From positions 62,001-126,000 of the forward strand of contig CAXHJY010000514.1 of NCBI GenBank assembly GCA_964016885.1: DNA of 64,000 nt, given 5' to 3'. Positions 1-13,527 of the stretch are shown piece by piece (position 1 is the stretch's first letter; every line of letters begins with the position of its first letter). A program made the translations under genes and the position numbers. This DNA is from Eledone cirrhosa. Lineage: Eukaryota. Below the pieces are notes generated by a model. The model made no database searches. It was not told the DNA's origin and was given only the letters and a program-made list of their open reading frames with translations.

Positions 1-255
1 GGATGCCCGATCGCGCAGTTAAACCACTGGGAGTGGAGAACCCCTAGCCCTTGTCAGGGCATTCTTCTAGGAAGGCATCTCAGGAAACTGGGTTAACTCC
101 GACATAAAAGCTGCGGCTCAGTAGTTACCGATGATGTTGATCTTTTCTTCTTTTCGGGTTATAGCTACTGTCGCTCAGAGAGTGGGATTAGCTCAGTGCA
201 CAGTCTTTCCTCACTTTAAAAATATTCGTCACGCACAGGCATTGCACGATTGCAT
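1..255 (-). mobile_element. Probable 5' UTR of a LINE (RTE-like) continuing left of the window
   Basis: GC-richer structured segment abutting the (TAA)n tract. Its minus-strand motif GGGGTTCTCCACTCCC...TTTAA resembles GGGGTAACTCCACATTCCCC...TTTAA in the 5' UTR of the RTE at 37690-37920. Confidence 0.4.
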
Positions 256-313
256 TAATAATTATTAATAGATTATTATTATTATTATTGTTATTATTAT
301 TATTATTATTATT
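256..313. repeat. (TTA)n microsatellite
   Basis: Direct trinucleotide repeat. Confidence 0.95.
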
Positions 314-522
314 GGCGACCTACGTAGTAAATCGTATCATCGTGAGCTCCGCAAAGGTTTGTTATTTCCGTTTGTTAAAAATTGCCATTTATGGAAAAAT
401 GTTATTGTTAACCATATATAAGCGCACATACATTGTTTTCCGAAAAAGACACCCAAAAAGGTTGGGGCCTTGTGCCCAAAATTTAAACTTTTATGATTAT
501 CAAAAAATTTCTTTGAAAAAAA

Positions 523-2187
523 ATGGCTAATTCACCTCTGCACCAAGCAGCTGAAACTAAAATTAATAATAACAAAAATAACGATAGCAACAACAACAAC
601 AATGACATTAAAAAAACCACCCTGAGTTTTGCCAGAGTAGCAAAACAGTTCGAAGCATTTACGGTAACTCGGGAGGATTTAGAAAATGCCAAACAAATGG
701 TAAAGAAAGATGGGTACAGGGTCATCCCCCCCCCTAATAAAATGGAGCATCGGAGCCTATGCACCGTGTCGTATCGAACAATAAATGTAAAATCGCGCCG
801 AGTGGAACGGGCATCCGAGTCCCAAATCCAAAAAGCTTTGGGACATGTGTGGGCAAAGAAAACCCACATCAGACGTGGGCAGAAGTATGGAACCGTGGAC
901 GTGTTCTTTGAAACACCAGAGAAGGCTAGAGAACACTCCATGGCCCCATTAAGAAGTGACGACTTCACACTCGTCCCAAGCTATTGTGGCCAGAGACTCG
1001 TAAAGATCAGGGTGACCCACGTTTTACCGGCCATCGAAATTCCCTGGCTAATAGCAGCCGTCCTCGCCGGCATCGAAGCCAACACAAAAATAATAGCAAT
1101 AGCAAAAGAAAAGCAGGAGAACTGGTCCGGATCTGGGATGGAGCTCCTGATCCAAGCGGACCAAAAAAGCATTGAGGAGATCCCAGAGGTAATAGACCTC
1201 ACTGACGACAGCCACCTCACGGTAATTGTCGAGGGCAGAAGACCTAGGTGTGTCGTTTGTGGTGAAGGAAACCCCCTAAGGGCTTTCTGCCCTCAGGCTA
1301 AAAGGTTGAGGCCACCTCTCCTACCCACCCCAATGACACAACCAACAACACCACCAGTAGCAGAGATGGCAGCAACAAATGTAGCAGCAACAACAGAAGC
1401 AACTATAACAGCAACAACCCCAGCAACAGTAGCAAAACCAACACCACCACCACCAGCAAAACCAACACCACCACCACCCAACGCTTCAGAACTAGCACCA
1501 GCGCCTACCCCATCCACCACGCCACAACCAAAACTAACGCCTGTGGAGGATTTTCCACTCCCCGTCCTATCACAACTAGAGACAGATTATGACGACGAAG
1601 AGTGGGAAACGGTATCAGGAAAAAAAAAAAGAAACCAAAAAAGAAAAAATTCTCTTCCTTCCCCCTCCAAAAACAAAATACAGAGGGAAACAAATAAATA
1701 AACAAACAAAAAAGTTAGGACTGATATGCCACCATCCACACCAGCATCACCAACTCCATCAACCCAAACACCAACACCATCACCATCATTAACCCCAACA
1801 CCACCATCACCTACACCACAAAAGTCACCAAAATGCGAAACAGAAACAAACCCAAAACAAACGCAAACAAAACAAAACAACCAAAACGATACACACTACA
1901 CAGCATTACATTTGAACAACAACCAATTATTACACTACATCCAACACAACACCAGCATCACAGAAAAAGACTACACAACAACCCAAAAATTCACACCACC
2001 CCCACACATACAAATAACTCGCATCATACAGAAAACGTACATGACACTAAAACAAAAATTCCCCAAAGACATCGGAGACTTCCGACAAGCACTCTCCAGG
2101 AGGATTTATAAGGACATCCTTCCTGAGGAGGCCACAAGCAGTGAAAAGTATGGAAAAACCGTCCTTCCCCTACGAGAAATAAGGTAA
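523..2187 (+). pseudogene. LINE ORF1 (gag-like nucleic-acid-binding protein) split by one in-frame stop
   Basis: ORFs 523-1701 and 1726-2187 are in the same frame, separated only by TAA 1699-1701. Degenerate zinc knuckle CVVCGEGNPLRAFC (His replaced by Pro), Pro/Thr-rich linker and basic KKKRNQKRK patch. Confidence 0.75.
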
Positions 2188-2221
2188 GTGGTCTTTCCCA
2201 TCTTTTCCACTCCTTTTCAAC

Positions 2222-5200
2222 ATGACCTCACTCAGAATAGGCAGCATAAATGCGCGTGGCTTGGGGTCGTCATGGAAGCAGGGCCACCTGCTCAACGACC
2301 TCAGGCCACTAAACATAGATGTAGTGGCCATCAGCGAGACCAGAATCTCCGAAGCACGGGCTTTCGCACCGATCTTCGGCGGCTACGATGTGTACGCATC
2401 TCCCAGCCGTCCGTGATCGGGGGGAGGAGTTGCTGTGCTTTTTCGGAGAGGTTTGGATCTTGCCATACGGGCCATCTTCCTGGACTCAGAAGGTAAGTTG
2501 GTGGTGCTGGACGTGACCAGCGGAGACGGGCAAGCTTTCAGGTTAGTGGCCGTCTATGCCCCGACAGGAGCAGGGCGGCCTGATTTCTTCCGGCGTCTGG
2601 AAACCTTTCTTGGAACGTCCCGCTCTTTAGTGTTAGTGGGCGACTGGAACGGGATCTTAGATGCACGCTGGGATTGTGTGGGATTAGTGGATAGGAAAGG
2701 AGGGTGCAAGAGTCTCACCAACCTGCTCAGGCGTTTTGAACTGTCTCACAGGTACCGAATGGATTTCCCGAATGTACCAATGTGGACTTGGACAAATCGC
2801 ATAGTGTCATCCAGATCATATCTAGATAGAGTATTTTGTAGGGAAATAGATAGGTCTAGCATAGGCTGTCCACAATTCAAGATAGTCAGCTACACGGACC
2901 ACAAATTCATGATCTGTGTGCTTGACTTAGATCGGCTTCATAGACGAGGACCCGGCTACTGGAAGCTAAACGCGTCCTTACCAGCGCGCAAGGCCTACAG
3001 AGACCGGATTAGCGAACTAGTTAAGCGGGCGTTGAAAAGAGACATCGTCAACAACAAGTGGTGGTTTGCTCTGAAAAGAGCAATTAGAATAGAGTCCATT
3101 AGGTTTAGTAAGGCTTTAGCAATAGAGAAAAATAGAGCAGAGGGAGAATTAGTTAGAAAATTAGACGAGGCGCTTAGCAAAGACATCGCGACCGACGTAC
3201 TTGCGGCGAAATTGGCCCTTGACCAATTCTTCAATGCAAAGCAAGAAGGCTGCGTTGTCAGAGCTAGGGTGCGTGCTCTCAGACACGAGGAGACGAAAGC
3301 CGTTCAATGGGCCCGAGTGGCGGAGGCGCGTCGTGGCAATAAAGCCACGATCCGGTCTTTGGTGGACCACGACGGGCGCATGCTACTCGATCCCGGGCAA
3401 ATGTGTGAAGCTTTTCAGCGACAATTCGCTCAACTGTTCGGGGGCAGTGGCGGGCCGGATCGAATGATGGACTTTAGTGTCTACCTCGACGGACTGCCGC
3501 GGCTTTCGGCCACTGAGGCGGAGTGTTGCGAAAAGCCGATAACAACCGCTGAAGTACGGGAGGCAATGACTGGCTTCACAAGGAGTAAATCGCCAGGTTT
3601 GGATGGTCTGCCCTATGAACTTTACGTACAAATGCCAGACTTGTTCGGAGGCCTCTTGGCTGACGTCTACTGCAACTGGCAACAGAACGGGAGAATTCCC
3701 AGCTCTGTGAGCCGAGGAGTGGTGGCGCTGCTGAGAAAGGATCCGAACAAGGGGGATAACATAGATAATTTTAGGCCCATAACTCTGCTAAACACAGAGT
3801 TCAAGATTTTGGCCAAGGTGCTAGCAAAGAGGTTGGCGCCTGTCGTTGGTGGTCTGGTGGGAGAGGCACAGACATGCGCCATTTCCGACAGATCCATCCA
3901 CGACAACCTCCACCTCATGCGATACATCGTAGAGAGGGTAGCTAGGGAACCTGGCACGGGTGGGTCCCTGATCAATTTAGATCAGTCGAAAGCTTTCGAT
4001 AGGGTCGACCATCGTTACCTAGCGGCAGTCCTGAGGGCGGCTGGCTTTGGACCCGTCTTCAGAGGCTGGATCGCTGCCATGCACAGCGACATCTACTCTG
4101 TGGTGAGAGTGAACGGTCACCTGTCGGAACCGTTCAACATCATGCGCTCGGTCCGCCAAGGATGTCCCCCTCTCGTCCCTCTTATACGTATTGACTCTCG
4201 AGCCATTACTGCACAAACTGGAGACGTTGAGGGGCGTCCCACGCGAACTAGGATGCGGAAGATCCGTGTCAGCATATGCGGACGATGTCACCGTAGTGGT
4301 GTCGAACGCCAAACACATCGAGGTTATCGGCACTACACTAAGAGAATACGAAGCGGTGACAGGAGCAATGATTAACCAGGAAAAGTCAGTGGGCCTGCAG
4401 CTCGGCACCTGGAGAGGCAGGTCCATGCCGTCCAACAGCGTCGTCGGACGCTGGACGGACGGACCGGTTAAATTGCTAGGGTCTGGTTCGGTCCGGACCT
4501 CCAGACGGACAAAAACTGGGACGAGGTGACGAGCAGGGTGGCTTCTCTCACCCAGAAATGGGCGGAGTGGAAGCTATCCCTGAAAGGTCGAGCGGAGGTG
4601 GCTAACGCGTACATCGCGTCTGTCATCTGCTACCACCTGACCGTCGTACCTCGTCCTAAGCCTCGCCTGACTGCGCTGGAGCGTTTGCTCTTTCGCTTTT
4701 TGTGGAAGGGACGCGCTCCGATGGTCAGGCGGTCCATCTGTTGTCAACACCCGCTAGGTGGAGGGCTGGGCATACCGTGGCTGTGATGTGCAAGCACGCG
4801 CTCAGGCTACGACATCTCCACCTCTTCCTCGACGGTGATCAGGTGTGGTCGCCGTTTGCTAGACACGTATTTCCCCAGCTCGTCTCCTTGACGGAGCTGC
4901 AGTCCTGGGTCAAGCGAAGACCGAGAGGGAGCGCCTGGAGACTGGAATGTCTTCAGGCGCTCACAGCCCTCGACCAATCGGGCAATGTGATCGGTGTAAA
5001 CTCCACCTCGGCGTTCTATAGAGGATTAGTGGAGGGGAAGAGCGACAACGTACTTGGGGAAACTCTAGGCGTCGACGAAAATCAACTAGCCAATCTCTTC
5101 GGAAGAACTTTCGGGCCAGGGCCTATGGACAACTTCCAGAAATCTCTGGCCTGGCAGTGTTACCGAGGAGCCTTGCCAGTTCGGGATAAACTCTACAGGC

Positions 5201-5640
5201 ATGGAGGTGCCGTCAGCCTGGCATGTCCGAGATGCGCGCAGGGCGACGAAACCGTCCTGCACGCACTCGTGCAGTGTCCGAAAATTGCTGACTAGTGGGT
5301 TTATGTCGAACACCTGCTGTCACGTGTAGGACGGATCCAGCTATCAGCTGAGTCCATCGTGAGGATTGCCCCGCCCTCTTCCTTTAGCCGGGAAGGGCAG
5401 GCAGTTTTTATCTGTCTGGTGGCCATGGCGAAAGAGATAGTATGGTGGACACGTTTGAAAGGGCTGAAGACGAGTACTTACCTCTTCGGTGATGCTCTGA
5501 TTGACTTTTTCAAACTTCATTTGAAAAGGAAAATCAGAGTAGAGAGGGAAGTGCTCTCTTCCCAGCATTTTGTTGAAAGATGGGTGAGAGAAGCAAGAAT
5601 GGCCCGAGTGAATGGGCCTACTCTGAGTATATATCTGTAA
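2222..5640 (+). pseudogene. LINE ORF2: AP endonuclease, reverse transcriptase and C-terminal zinc finger, disrupted
   Basis: SINARGL, ISET, VYAP, VGDWN, YLDR and SYTDH (APE). SPGLDGL, NFRPITLLN, DQSKAFDRV, RQGCP and AYADD (RT). CPRC...ETVLHALVQC. In-frame stop at 2414 and frameshifts near 4170, 4490 and 4780. Confidence 0.93.
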
Positions 5641-5888
5641 AATAAAGGTGGAAAACTGGGAGAGGGCACTTGCCTTGGCGGTCAGGGTCATTGTGGCCTT
5701 TTACTGGGCTTTCTCCACAAATGTCCCTCCGAAGTCTCTCCCCTATTGGGGAATTTTTCATTGTTATTTTTTGTTACATCCTCTGTTTTTGTTTTTTACA
5801 CGCAGAAATGCCCATTTGTACCGTCCTGTATTGTCCTGCACTGTCCTTAATGTCTACTTTATGTAAACCCTTGTGGTTCATAAAGAAA

Positions 5889-5890
<2 letters not shown>

Positions 5891-5944
<54 letters not shown>
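5891..5944. repeat. (ATT)n microsatellite shared by two convergent LINE 3' ends
   Basis: Perfect trinucleotide run. Confidence 0.95.
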
Positions 5945-5945
<1 letters not shown>

Positions 5946-8900
5946 CTTGAATCTCAGTCATTGATGTTGGTTAACTGGAAAGTCCGTTGGAATGAATATC
6001 AAGCCACTACCTGCAGCCTCAGATATTCAGGACGTATCGGAGGGTTCTTGCTGTTCCCAGCAAGCATGCCTTTTGAAGCATTCCAAAAAGCGTGAAGGGG
6101 CGGATTTTCTTTAACCATCCCTGGAAACTTTTGGAGATAGTCCCCAGTGCGCCTATGACAATCGGGATCACTTTGACTTCATGGCATTTCCAAATCCTTT
6201 TTACCTCCCACTTTAAGTCCTAGTATCGGTTAATTTTCTCCCTCTCCTTCTCTTGCACTCTCGTGTCGAATGGGCAGGCCACATCCACAATCAGACACGA
6301 TCTTTTTTCTTTGTCCACAACCACCAGGTCAGGTCTATTGTGTTCCAGTTTCTTGTCCGTCTGTATCCTAAAATCCCACAGCACCTTCACCTGATCGTTC
6401 TCCATCACCGCCTCTGGCCTATGCTCATACCATTTCTCAGAATGTGGTAAATTATTTACTTTGCACAGGTGCCAGTGGATCACCCTGCCCATCACATCAT
6501 GTCTCCAGCCATTATAGTGGGTCTGGGCTAGGTGTTTACACTCGGATACAATGTGAGCCTCAGTCTCCTCTCTCTCTCCACAGATCATGCACAGTGGGCT
6601 AGCCTCCTCCTTGTAAATATGGTGTTTCAACCACTTCGTTTTGAGGGCCTGCTCCTGCGCAGCCATTAACATTCCTTCTGTAGCCTTTTTGAGGTCTCCT
6701 CTTCTCAACCAGTTCCATGTCTGTGGATCTCTAAATTCAGTTTTCTCAAAGAAGGTACTATGAAGGGATTTTCCCTGAAGGCTGCTCTTTCTCCTTGATG
6801 TTATTTCCTCCTTGGACATCCCCTGGCCTATTGTCCCCTCCTTCAGTACAGTTCTGAGCATTGGCTCCTTACTATCAGTCACGTATTTGTATAGGTTGTT
6901 TTTCTCCATCTGAACACAGTCCTCTATGCTGATAAGACCTCTTCCACCCTCAGATCTCCTTAGGTAGAGTCTATCGACATCACTCCTCTTGTGGAACATG
7001 TTGTAGATAGTCAATAGCTTCCTAGTCTTCCTATCCATTTCTTTTTGTTCAGCAACATTCTATCTCAGAATTCCCGCACTGAACCTAATAATAGACACAG
7101 CTCGGGAATTTACTGCGCTTATGGCATTTCTGCTGTTCAGATGTGACTTCAATACGCTCCTTACTCTCCGAATGTATTCAGTTCTTAACAATTCCTTCAT
7201 TTTTTTGTTCTTTATGCCATCAGCCTCCAGAACGCCCAAATACTTGTATCCTTCCTCAGAGTCAATTTCCTTTAACATCTCACCTGTTGGTATCTGGATT
7301 CCGTTACTTCTGCTCAACCTACCCCTCCTCATCACAATGACTCCACACTTACTAATACCAAACTGCATACATATATCACTGCTGAAAATACGGACAGTGT
7401 CAACAAGCACATCCAACTCCTTCTCACTCTTCCCGAAGAGCTTAAGATCGTCCATGAAGAGGAGGTGACTGATGGTAAGCTCTCCCTTTCCCAACTTGTA
7501 TCCTACTCTCACTTTTCGCAGCATAATGGTCAAGGGCATCAGGGCAAGGACAAACAACAGAGGGGACAGGCTATCTCCCTGGAAGATACCTCTCTTGATC
7601 TTCACGCTTCCCAAGGATACTCCAGTTGATGTCAACTCTGTCTCCCAGGACCCCATACTCCTGCCCAGCAACTGTCTGATGTTATCTGCCACCTTGAAGA
7701 TCTCCAGGCTTTTGGTGATCCAAGAATGAGGCACCATGTCAAATGCCTTTCTGTAGTCTATCCATCCCATGGCAAGATCAGTGTGTCTCCTCCTGCAATT
7801 CCCCATTACCATCTTTTCAATAAGTAACTGGTCCTTTGTACCACGTGACTTCTTTTGGCATCCTTTCTGCTCGTCCGGTAACAAGTTGTTTGTGTGGAGG
7901 TGATGGTAGATTTCCTCAGACACAATGCTCGTCAACAGTTTCCACATTACGGACAGACATGTGATAGGTCTATAGTTGGTAACATCATTACCCTTGATTC
8001 GGTCTTTCATTATCAGAACTGTGGTACCTTTTGTCAACCACTCTGGCACCTCACCCGACACCAAGCAGTCATTGAACATGGCTGTCAGTTTCGGGTGGAG
8101 GGATGTTCAATTTTTAATCCAATACCCCTGCACACCATCTGGGCCTGGTGATTTCCAGTTGGTTAGTTTTTTGGCCTGCCCCTTAAGAGTTTCAACTGTG
8201 ATACTCAAATCAGTTTGTTGGTGTGCCTGCTCACCGATCTCCCTCTGTACTGTCTCAATCCACCCTGCCTGGTCATTATGTCTAACATCCTGCCCCCATA
8301 TTCCTCTCCAGAATGTTTTAGTTTGTTCCGCCTCAGGGATCAAGTCGTTGCCTCTTTCTTTCCCCTCAAGCTTTCCAAACAGCATCTTCTGGTTGTTGTC
8401 GAACATGCGGTTCTGTTTATACTGACTGACTCTGTTCTCGTATCGCCTGATTTTTGCACTCTTTGCTACAATGCGTTGCTTCAGTTCCTCTATGATAATA
8501 TTTAGTTTTTTCCTCCTAGTTTTGTACTTTATTTCCAGTCTATTTTTAGTGCCTATGTTTTTTAGTGTCCCATTCAGTAGTGACTCAAGCTTTCCTATGT
8601 CATTTCTCATTTCCCTGATTTGACCACTCAGTCGTTTCTTCCACCAAGGCTCTGCTCTTTCTTGTCTGTTGTTTCCTCTCGCTTTTATACCAGGTAGTTT
8701 CCTCACCGTATTTGCTGTTGCTTTGAGGATATTGTTGCACTGGTGAAGGCTCCTCACCTCAAGGTATGGGATGACTTTGTTTACGTTAGCTGTTGTTTCT
8801 TTTAACTTTTTCCTGTCTACAAATCTTAGGTTCATAGGTCTCCCACTATCATTGTTCAATTCATCTACCACTAAATTTAGGATGTCAACCGAATCTTGTC

Positions 8901-9598
8901 CTAGCCCGTCAGCATTCATCTCCTCAGTGGCCGTATCTCTGTTCCAGGTATTATTTATCTCAGTATTCAGATCATTGTCTGCTTCGGGTGGTTCTTCCGT
9001 TCTCTCGACCTCTTCACCTTCATTTCCCACTGGCTCGTTTGTCTGGCATACTACACCCTCCATCTCCAAGCTATTCTCTCTGCTCAGTTCCTCCAGTTCC
9101 AGCTCGCTTATCCACCCATTAGTTCTTATTACCCGAGCCTGCCCGGCCAATTTTTGTTCATCTAATTTAAATAGACCAATCTCGTTCCAGATGTTATGCA
9201 TCCGTCTCCTATATCCCCTCTCCTTGGGGTTACTTTTCAGGTAACATTGCATAACAGTTCTATTCAATTCTTTCGTCCAGTTGGTTCTGGCCCCTTTCCT
9301 TCTTCTTCTTCCTCCAACACCAGCAGTATTTGGTTGACAGTCAGGTTCCTGCTGCTGAGCCAGGGAGCACCTGTTGGGTGAGAGTCTGTCACATGACGTT
9401 CTAGTCTCCATTTCACCGTTATTCGAACTGTTTAGGTTCGATATTTAAACACTCTTATCGAGGATTGGCGAATGTATGGTTACATAGCCATCTGTGGATT
9501 TACCGTCTCCGGGGGTTGCGCCACTCCACTTGGCTCTTGTGTGGTATTATCACCACGCTGTAGACGAACACAAACAAACACACAGGCAGAAAAAACCC
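5945..9598 (-). mobile_element. Apparently full-length Dong/R4-clade non-LTR retrotransposon with restriction-like endonuclease
   Basis: Single disrupted ORF from about 9411 to 6019, with short UTRs. Both ends abut (TAA)n, the known Dong target. Confidence 0.88.
6019..9411 (-). pseudogene. R4/Dong polyprotein: Myb-like N-terminus, RT, CCHC knuckle and RLE
   Basis: RTNWTKELNR (Myb-like); KSPGPDGV, NYRPITCL, IDYRKAFD, IFQGDSLSP and LFMDD (RT); CMICGEREETEAHIVSEC, RHD, NRPDLVVVD, IVDVACP and EKINRY (RLE); terminal LQKACLLGTARTLR. Broken by stops and frameshifts. Confidence 0.92.
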
Positions 9599-9632
<34 letters not shown>

Positions 9633-9650
9633 GTTACTATTATTATTACT
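9599..9650. repeat. (TTA)n microsatellite
   Basis: Direct repeat. Confidence 0.95.
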
Positions 9651-9761
9651 TTTTTTTTATTTTATTTTATTTTTTTTCCAAATTCAATGATGTTCCAGAA
9701 CAATATAAAAGAGATAATTGGCAATTTAGGTTCTGGAACAAAAAAGATAATTGGCAATAAG

Positions 9762-12700
9762 GGCAGGGGCCTCAGGTTATCACAGCCTGGGCCCACTCGT
9801 CATCGTGCCATTGTAATAGAGCCAAACAAGGCATTTAGTCTTGGCTGCTGGAACGAACGAACGCTGCTTGACAGGGATTCCTTGGAGCGTCCTGAACGAA
9901 GGACCGCTCTTATTGCAAAGGAGCTTCGACGTTACGATCTTGACATCGTGGCTTTATCTGAGACGTGGGGAGCTGGAGATGGTCATCTTACAGAATTTTG
10001 TGGAGAATATACATTCTTCTGGAAAAGGAAGAGATGAAGGAACCAGAAGAGAGGCTGGGGTAGCATTTGCTGTTAAGACTGTTCTTGCGAATAAATTAGA
10101 AGAATTCCCAGTAGGGATTAGTAAGCGTCTTATGTGCATGAGAATTCCGCTGGACAAAGGAAGATATGCGACCCTGGTGAGTGTGTATGCTCCAACTATG
10201 AATTCTGTCGTTGAAGAAAAAGTGTCCTTTTACCATGCCTTGAAAGGTGTTTTAAGAAATATCCCTCAGGCAGACAAAGTCATCGTGCTTGGTGACTTTA
10301 ATGCTAGAGTGGGTAGGGATTTTAACACATGGAATGTAATCGGAAGGGATGGGGTGTGAAAGTGTAACAACAACGGTATGCTCCTGCTGCAGATGTGTGA
10401 GGAACTGGATCTGTGTGTTACCAACACCATGTTCCAACAAAAGAACAAATTCAAGACCACATGGATGCATCCTGCATCTAAGGATGGCATATTTTGTACT
10501 ACGTCCTAGTCAGAATGCGTGACAGACAGGATGTGCAGTGTGTTCGTGCTCTTCGTGGAGCTGAGTGCTGGACGGACCACCGCCTGGTACGCGCAAATTG
10601 ATACTAATCACTAAACGTAAAATCCGGGCTCCTGGTGTTGCCCTGCCCAAAAGATTGAATGCTGCTCGTCTTAAGGATAAAAATGTGAAGAGGACATTGG
10701 AAGAAGAGATGCAGGCTGCAGATATTGGTGAGGATTGGCCGACCCTTAAAAGGGCGGTTTATGATATAGGCAGGCGTGTTCTCGGATTGGTGCAGAGAAA
10801 ACATCAGGACTGGTTTAATGAGAATGATGTACATATAGAAGACTTGTTGGCTGATAAGAGGCGTGCCCTGTCACGCTACTTGACGAAAAAACCACAGGAG
10901 AGGAATACGTTGCATGAGGAACTCAAGGATGTAAAATCACGTGTTAGGCGGATTCTTTCTCAGATGAAGGATCAGTGGTGGAGTTAGAAGGCTGGTGAGA
11001 TATAAACTGCGTCAGAATCCAATAACACAATGCTGTTGTACAGTCTCTTGCGTGTGGTTTATGGACCGTCTTCTTCTCTGGTGACACCGCTTCGCAGCAA
11101 GGATGGCAAAGAACTTCTTCGTGACTCACAAGGAATTCTACGAAGGTAGCGAGAGCACTTTGATGATGTTTTGAATCAGCCGTCTGTCGTGAGTGAAGAT
11201 TTCCTCAATCTCATTCCAGAAAGTCCTGTGAAAGTAGCTCTCGCAGAACCTCCGACGCCTGTGGATGTTGCAGTGGCTATCTCGAAGCTGAACAGTGGAA
11301 GGTCTCCAGGTATGGATGGCATACATGCTGAGCTCCTACAATATGTTGGTGGGAGACTCCTGCAACATCTTCACTCTTTGTTTGGCAGGATATGGGCTAA
11401 TGAATCCGTACCTGAGGACTGGAGAGATGCAGTAATGGTGGTCTTGTACAAGGGAAAGGGTAACAGGAATGATTGTGGGAACTACAGAGGTATATCATTG
11501 CTTTCTGTCGTAGGGAAAGTTTTATGTAGGGTGCTTTTGGACCGTCTGCTGACACACATTGCAGATTGTGTTCTTCCTGAAAGTCAATCTGGTTTTCGTG
11601 TTGGACGCGCCACTACTGATATGATCTTCTCAGCTAGACAGCTCCAGGAGAAGTGCATGGAACAAGGTTTGGATCTGTATCAGGTTTTTGTCGATCTGAC
11701 AAAAGCTTTCGATACTGTTAACAGAGATGCATTATGGAAGGTTCTCCAGAAACGTGGTTGCCCTGATAAGTTCCTTGCTTTAGTTAGGTCTTTCCATGAC
11801 GACATCAAGGTTTGGGTTAATGTCGGAGGTAACATGTCAGAGCCTATTTCAGTAAAAAATGGAGTGAAACAGGGGGATATTCCAGCACCGACCCTGTTTG
11901 CCATATACTTTGCAATGATTTTCTGTATTGCATTCAGAAATTGCGAGCATGGTGTTTACATCCGATATAGAACCTCAGGCAGCATATTTAACATCAGGCG
12001 CTTTGCTGCAAAGACAAAAGTATTTACATCATTCATAAGAGACCTCTTGTATACCGATGATTTCGATCTTGTAGCGCACACAGAGAGTGATATGCAGCAC
12101 ATTTTGAATGCATTTTCTGACGCTTGCACTGCCCTAGGATTGACTGTCAGTCTCAAGAAAACAGTCGTCATGTACCAACCTACCCCTGGGTAGCAGTACA
12201 CTGAACCAAATATCTATGTGTATGGTAAACGACTTGGAGTGGTTGATCAGTTTGTCTACATGGGAAGCACTGTCAATCGATACAGCAACCTTGACAGTGA
12301 AATCTCACTTAGGATTAGGAAAGCAAGTGATGCTTTCGGAAAGCTAGAAAGGCGACTCTGGGGTCGGCGAGACATATGCAGGAGGACAAAGGTAAACGTG
12401 TACAGGGCATGTGTGCTCTCTTGTCTTCTTTATGCCTGCGAGACCTGGGTCACATATCGACACCACCTTAAGCAATTGGGGAGTTTCCATCAGATATGTC
12501 TCAGACGGATCCATGGCGTTCACTGGAGGGACCACATAAGTGATGTCGAGATTTTGGAAAGTTCTATGTGTGACAGTATAGAAGCTCATGTGCTTAAGCA
12601 ACGACTCCGTTGGAGTGGTCACCTTGCCAGGATGAAGGATTCTAGAATACCAAAACAACTTTTTATGGAGAGTTAGTTAAAGGAAAACGTCCGCTACATA

Positions 12701-13331
12701 AACCAAAAAAAGAGGTATAAGGATTCCTTGAAAGCCTCTTTGAAAGATGCTAACATCTCTGCTGATACATGGGAAAATATTGCTGCTGATCGTAATAAAT
12801 GGAGAAAGACTGTATATGAGGGAAAAGTTGCCTTTGAGGGCATCACGAATCGCATACGAGAAAGTAAAGCCGGATGTGAGGAAGGGCATTGCTGTTGCAC
12901 TTCCAGACGGCGAGGGTCCTCCTATGGTGCTGACATGCAGCGTCTGTGCGAGACTCTGCCTAAGCAAAGCTGGACTCGAAAGTTATCTTCGCAGTCATAA
13001 AGTAAGACCAGTGGTTGACTACCAGGCTGCTGTTGGAGATGCTACTCATCATGCTTGCCAAGCATGTGGTAGAGAATGTAAATCAGCAGGAGGGCTCAAG
13101 CGACATGCAAAAGTACACGAACTCCAACCACAGCCGACTATTCCCAGTGAATGTTTTGGTTGCCGACTCTGTGCAAGACATTTTAGATCATTGGCTGGGC
13201 TAAAAAGCCACATTCGATCGCAGCGCTGTTAGTTGCTATCGTGTGTGTGTGTGTGTATACATATATTTATGTGTGTGCGCGTGTGTATATATATATATAT
13301 ATGTATATGTATATTATTATTGTTGTTATTA

Positions 13332-13366
<35 letters not shown>

Positions 13367-13391
13367 ATATGTGTGTATGTATATATGTATG

Positions 13392-13474
<83 letters not shown>

Positions 13475-13527
13475 CGTTCTCGTGCAATGGCCATACTCGA
13501 TAACGAGGGGGCAGCCATCATCATCAT
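9762..13527 (+). mobile_element. RTE-clade (BovB-like) LINE, decayed, with three C-terminal C2H2-type fingers and a (CAT)n tail
   Basis: GCWN, ALSET, SVYAPT and LGDFNARVG (APE). NYRGISLL, FVDLTKAFD, GVKQG and LLYTDD (RT). LLYACETW and RLRWSGH. The 3' UTR is interrupted by microsatellites at 13241-13475 and ends GGCAGCCATCATCATCAT. Confidence 0.88.

Larger units (their letters stand above)
314..5890 (+). mobile_element. Near full-length Tx1/L1-clade non-LTR retrotransposon, decayed
   Basis: 5' UTR, gag-like ORF1, APE-RT-zinc finger ORF2 and a T-rich 3' UTR. Flanked on both sides by (TTA)n. Confidence 0.88.

Noticed and set aside
483-9244. Antisense and alternate-frame ORFs overlapping the LINE ORFs
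   Set aside because: Shadow ORFs with no recognisable motifs
9412-9598. Possible HDV-like ribozyme in the R4/Dong 5' UTR (also the RTE UTR at 37690-37920)
   Set aside because: Hairpins are present, but I could not build the nested double pseudoknot by eye; needs an RNArobo/Infernal search
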